DNA of 64,000 nucleotides, taken from NCBI RefSeq assembly GCF_009914755.1, contig NC_060930.1. One strand, written 5' to 3'. Below the pieces are notes generated by a model. The model was not told the origin of the DNA. It did no database searches and worked only from the letters and a program-made list of their open reading frames with translations. Below are positions 60,714-64,000 of the stretch, one piece after another. Every line of letters starts with the position of its first letter. Within the stretch, counting starts at the first letter, position 1. Origin of the DNA: the human T2T-CHM13v2.0 reference genome, Homo sapiens. The translations under genes and the position numbers were made by a program.

Positions 60714-60988
60714 CTATTCCTTTTCTTAGGCAGGGAGGAGGGAGAGGGAAACAGGTCAGCCGCCAGCAGCAAACTGACAACCTCTTCTTGGATGGCGGGA
60801 AACTCCTTGGCAGCCAGAGCCCCTAAGTGTTATGTGTCCCCTGAAAGATTCAGCTTCATACTCTGGCTGACCCCAGGAAGCTACCTCTGAAAAGCATGCT
60901 CCCCTTTGAACCCTGCTATGATGTTCCCCGAAAACCTGTGGCTCCTCAATCTTAACTACCCGCCAAGGCTCACAACTCCAGAACATGA

Positions 60989-61387
<399 letters not shown>

Positions 61388-61876
61388 TGACCCCTCCCAG
61401 ACTGGACCATCTTGCTACTCTCTCCAGTCGTTTTCACCTTGATTTCACAGAACAAGAACAGGCTCAATAAAGCATATGTCCACGTGGGGAACTGTCAGTC
61501 AGTCTTCCTTTCTTGCACTGTACACACTAAACTTTCCCAGCATTTCTCTCATGGCTGGCTTGCTTTGGCTTCAGAGGGACATGCCCTCCACACCCTCCCC
61601 ACTAGTTATGCTATGGTCACGGAGGGTGTTACTGTCAGTCCGGCAGAACTGGTTGTGCTTAGAAGTCATTCAGGGAAATGGCTGGCCCCAGGGACTTTAA
61701 GGGGATGCTTAACACCTTTTGTTCTCAGCTTTGGGCCTTGGCTGTCAATTTTAAGAAAACCAGTTCCCACTTAGCAACTAACATCAGACTGTTATTTTGT
61801 ATGAACATATATATCACAAACAATAAATACACACAAATCTCCCTATTTTAACTTAAACCTCTGATTTACACTTTGC

Positions 61877-61882
61877 TTTATT
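61877..61882 (-). promoter_or_regulatory. Intronic poly(A) signal AATAAA of the alternative terminal exon
   Basis: Plus-strand tttatt, ~160 nt after the TGA; GU/U-rich element (ttgtgtgtatttattgtttgtg) follows on the minus strand at ~61813-61838. Confidence 0.7.
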
Positions 61883-61989
61883 CATTTTCCCACAAATACT
61901 CATCTTTCCAAATTGGCACATATTCATCCTCCCACACCGCACAGTGCTTCCCGGGCACCTGACCCGAACTCCAGCCCCAGGTAGAGAAT

Positions 61990-62420
61990 CCTTAGGATCT
62001 AGTCAATCTGTGGTGGTCCTAACCCCCTCTGGTGGCTGGTTCAGGCAGGGGCATGTGAAGCAATTGTGGCCAGTGAGTTTTGAGGGATGACAGCTGGCAA
62101 AGAGCTCTGGGAAACAACTTCTTTATGCTTAAAACCACACAAATGAAACATTTTTTCTTCTTCCTCTGAATGTGCTGCTTGGAGCTGCTGTAGCCATCCT
62201 ACAACTGTGTGAAGTGGGGGACCCATTCTGAGGACAGAGCTGCTGATACCTGGAAGTGGCAAAGTAGAAAATGACAAGAACAAGGATCCTTGGTTACATC
62301 ATACAGTCCCTGAAATAACTACGGAATTGCTCCACCTGGTAATGCAAGCTAATAATTATTATTATTATTTTAGCCATTTAGAGTTGGATTTTTTGTCCCT
62401 TACAGCTAAAGTAAGGCACT
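61990..62420 (+). mobile_element. Old MaLR LTR (MLT1J/K-like) that donates the alternative terminal exon
   Basis: ggggcatgtga..caattgtggccagtgag, ggagctgctgtagccatc and MLT1-type 3' end tttagccatttagagttggattttttgtcccttacagctaaa. Confidence 0.6.
62041..62249 (-). CDS. ELOVL5: ELOVL5 alternative terminal exon, GISSSVLRMG...ASHAPA*; gives an 88-aa isoform
   Basis: ccacttccag|GTATCAGC acceptor; 58+209=267 nt in frame with exon 2; contained in ORF 62041..62283; AATAAA downstream. Confidence 0.8.
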
Positions 62421-63399
62421 ATCCCAACCCAAGCACATACAGATGGATCTAACTTATTCTTTTTTGTTCTTTTCAATGGGCCATACACTAATTTACAGAA
62501 CCTCTCCCCTACTGACAGGCATCCAGATGATTCCTTGAAAAACAATGCTGTAATGAGCATCCTGATATGTATCATTGCATAACTAATCAAGGCTAGCCAC
62601 AGGATAAAGTATTAGGAGTAGAATGGCTAGGCAAAAGGGCATGTGCATTTTAATTCCAACAGAAGGCAAAACAGCCTTTCAGAGAGGTTGTACTCTTTCT
62701 CCACGCCTTCACTATTATCACTATTATCATAGGTGACATGAAACCTATTATTTCATCTCTGCCATGTTAATAGACTAAGTCCTTTTGTTATTTCTTTTGT
62801 GTTTTAAAAATCATGAGAAACTGAGATTCTTTTTGTCTGTTTAAAAGCCATTTCTAGTTTTTCTGTGAGCCTAAGAAGTTCTTTATACAAAAGACTTTAA
62901 AAGACTTTTACAGATGACATCAAAAGAAGGCAATATGAAGCTGATTTACTTTCTAAAAGATACAGCAAGTAAGGTTCAGGTGCATATTTACCAGTGAGTT
63001 AACATGATACAAAATGAGAAGACCTTAAAAAGCCCTTAAAATTGTAAAAGGGGAAAGGTTTTAAACTCCTATTGCAACACTGCATTTTGGAAACTAGTTT
63101 TTCTTAAAGACTGCCAAGAATTGAGAAAAAAATGCCACTGATAATGGTGAAATCTATAGTATTCTCAGGCTACAAGCTTTACAGCATATTTTTAAACTCC
63201 AGTTAAAGTCAACGGAGGACCACCCACAGCAGGTGTCTCTGTCAGAGACTTCTCCAAATTCCTTGTTATCCAGGATAAAGTTTTAGACTTATCATAGAAA
63301 ATGCTAACATTTTCTACTATCTCCTCATGCAATATTTACAAGGGACTATAGGCAGGGAGTGATGCTGCAGAAGGTAAGCAAAACCAAAAACCACCTTAC

Positions 63400-63457
63400 C
63401 TCGAGGGCCTAGCAATGCCTTGAAATAGGTACTAAGTGATGCATCAAAATGTTCCAT
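63400..63457 (-). CDS. ELOVL5: ELOVL5 first coding exon (exon 2), MEHFDASLSTYFKALLGPR + 1 nt
   Basis: Minus strand ttaatag|GTTTTCAA-ATG GAA CAT TTT GAT...CCT CGA G|gtaagg. Exon spans 63400-63465 with 8 nt of 5' UTR and 58 coding nt; matches the known ELOVL5 N-terminus. Confidence 0.98.
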
Positions 63458-64000
63458 TTGAAAACCTATTAAGAAAAAAAAAGATACTGATTAATCTCTA
63501 CTCAAAATGTTTTTTATACAGTATTTTTTCATAAAAGAATAAATTCTTTTCAAAGAATATGCTACAGACAAGGTTAAGTTCAGTTCCTTAGGTTAAAAGA
63601 ATTTAATTCACAGAAGTGACTTCTGTGCTAGATCTAACTTGAAGATCAAAAGGAAAGACACAATTCTGTGAGTTCACTTTATAAATGAAGTGCCAGTTTT
63701 CTGAACTTCTTTTCTTAGTTCCATAAAAACTCTTTCCGTGAAGCTGAAATCTCAGTGGGGAAAAAAGTGGAACTAACTGGAATGAGAGGTGGCAGACAGG
63801 AAGAGATCCTGTCTGGGCAACAACTGAGGACTTGAGGTAAGACAAGGAAGAGCCATATCAGGGAACAGAATGCCACAGTGACAAGACAGTTTTTTCCGCT
63901 TGTTACTTTTATCAATTATTATTTTACAGTACTTCATATCTACAGTAAAAAAAAATTCAAGTATTAAAAATTAAAAAAAAGGGGCAAAAATCTCATTACT

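Noticed and set aside
62022-62036. CTCF-like CCACCAGAGGG motif (also at ~58805 and a weaker one at ~15293)
   Set aside because: Each lacks key consensus positions; cannot be supported without ChIP data.

Overview
Repeat-rich primate genomic DNA, almost certainly human (recognised as chr6p12.1). The right half (about 35156-63465, minus strand) holds the complete coding part of ELOVL5 (fatty-acid elongase 5). Seven coding exons with GT-AG borders sum to exactly 900 nt (299 aa + stop) and are followed by a ~1.7 kb 3' UTR; the non-coding first exon and promoter lie outside the window. Three alternative products can be built directly from the sequence: an 81-nt in-frame cassette exon (326 aa), an exon-6-skip product read in a second open frame of exons 7-8 (262 aa), and an LTR-derived terminal exon with its own intronic poly(A) site (88 aa). 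Intron 3 contains the near-perfect MIR5685 hairpin. The left half is intergenic: a disabled HMGB1 processed pseudogene (likely HMGB1P20) plus many Alu, L1, L2, MIR, CR1, MaLR/ERVL LTR and DNA-transposon remnants, several of them nested. I see no evidence of a wholly new multi-gene system. The least-explained observations are an ~86-bp diverged inverted duplication just downstream of the ELOVL5 poly(A) site, a tandemly amplified CCAAT-box array inside an old LTR, and several local palindromes. Exon coordinates were checked base by base. Repeat boundaries and subfamily names are by eye and approximate.
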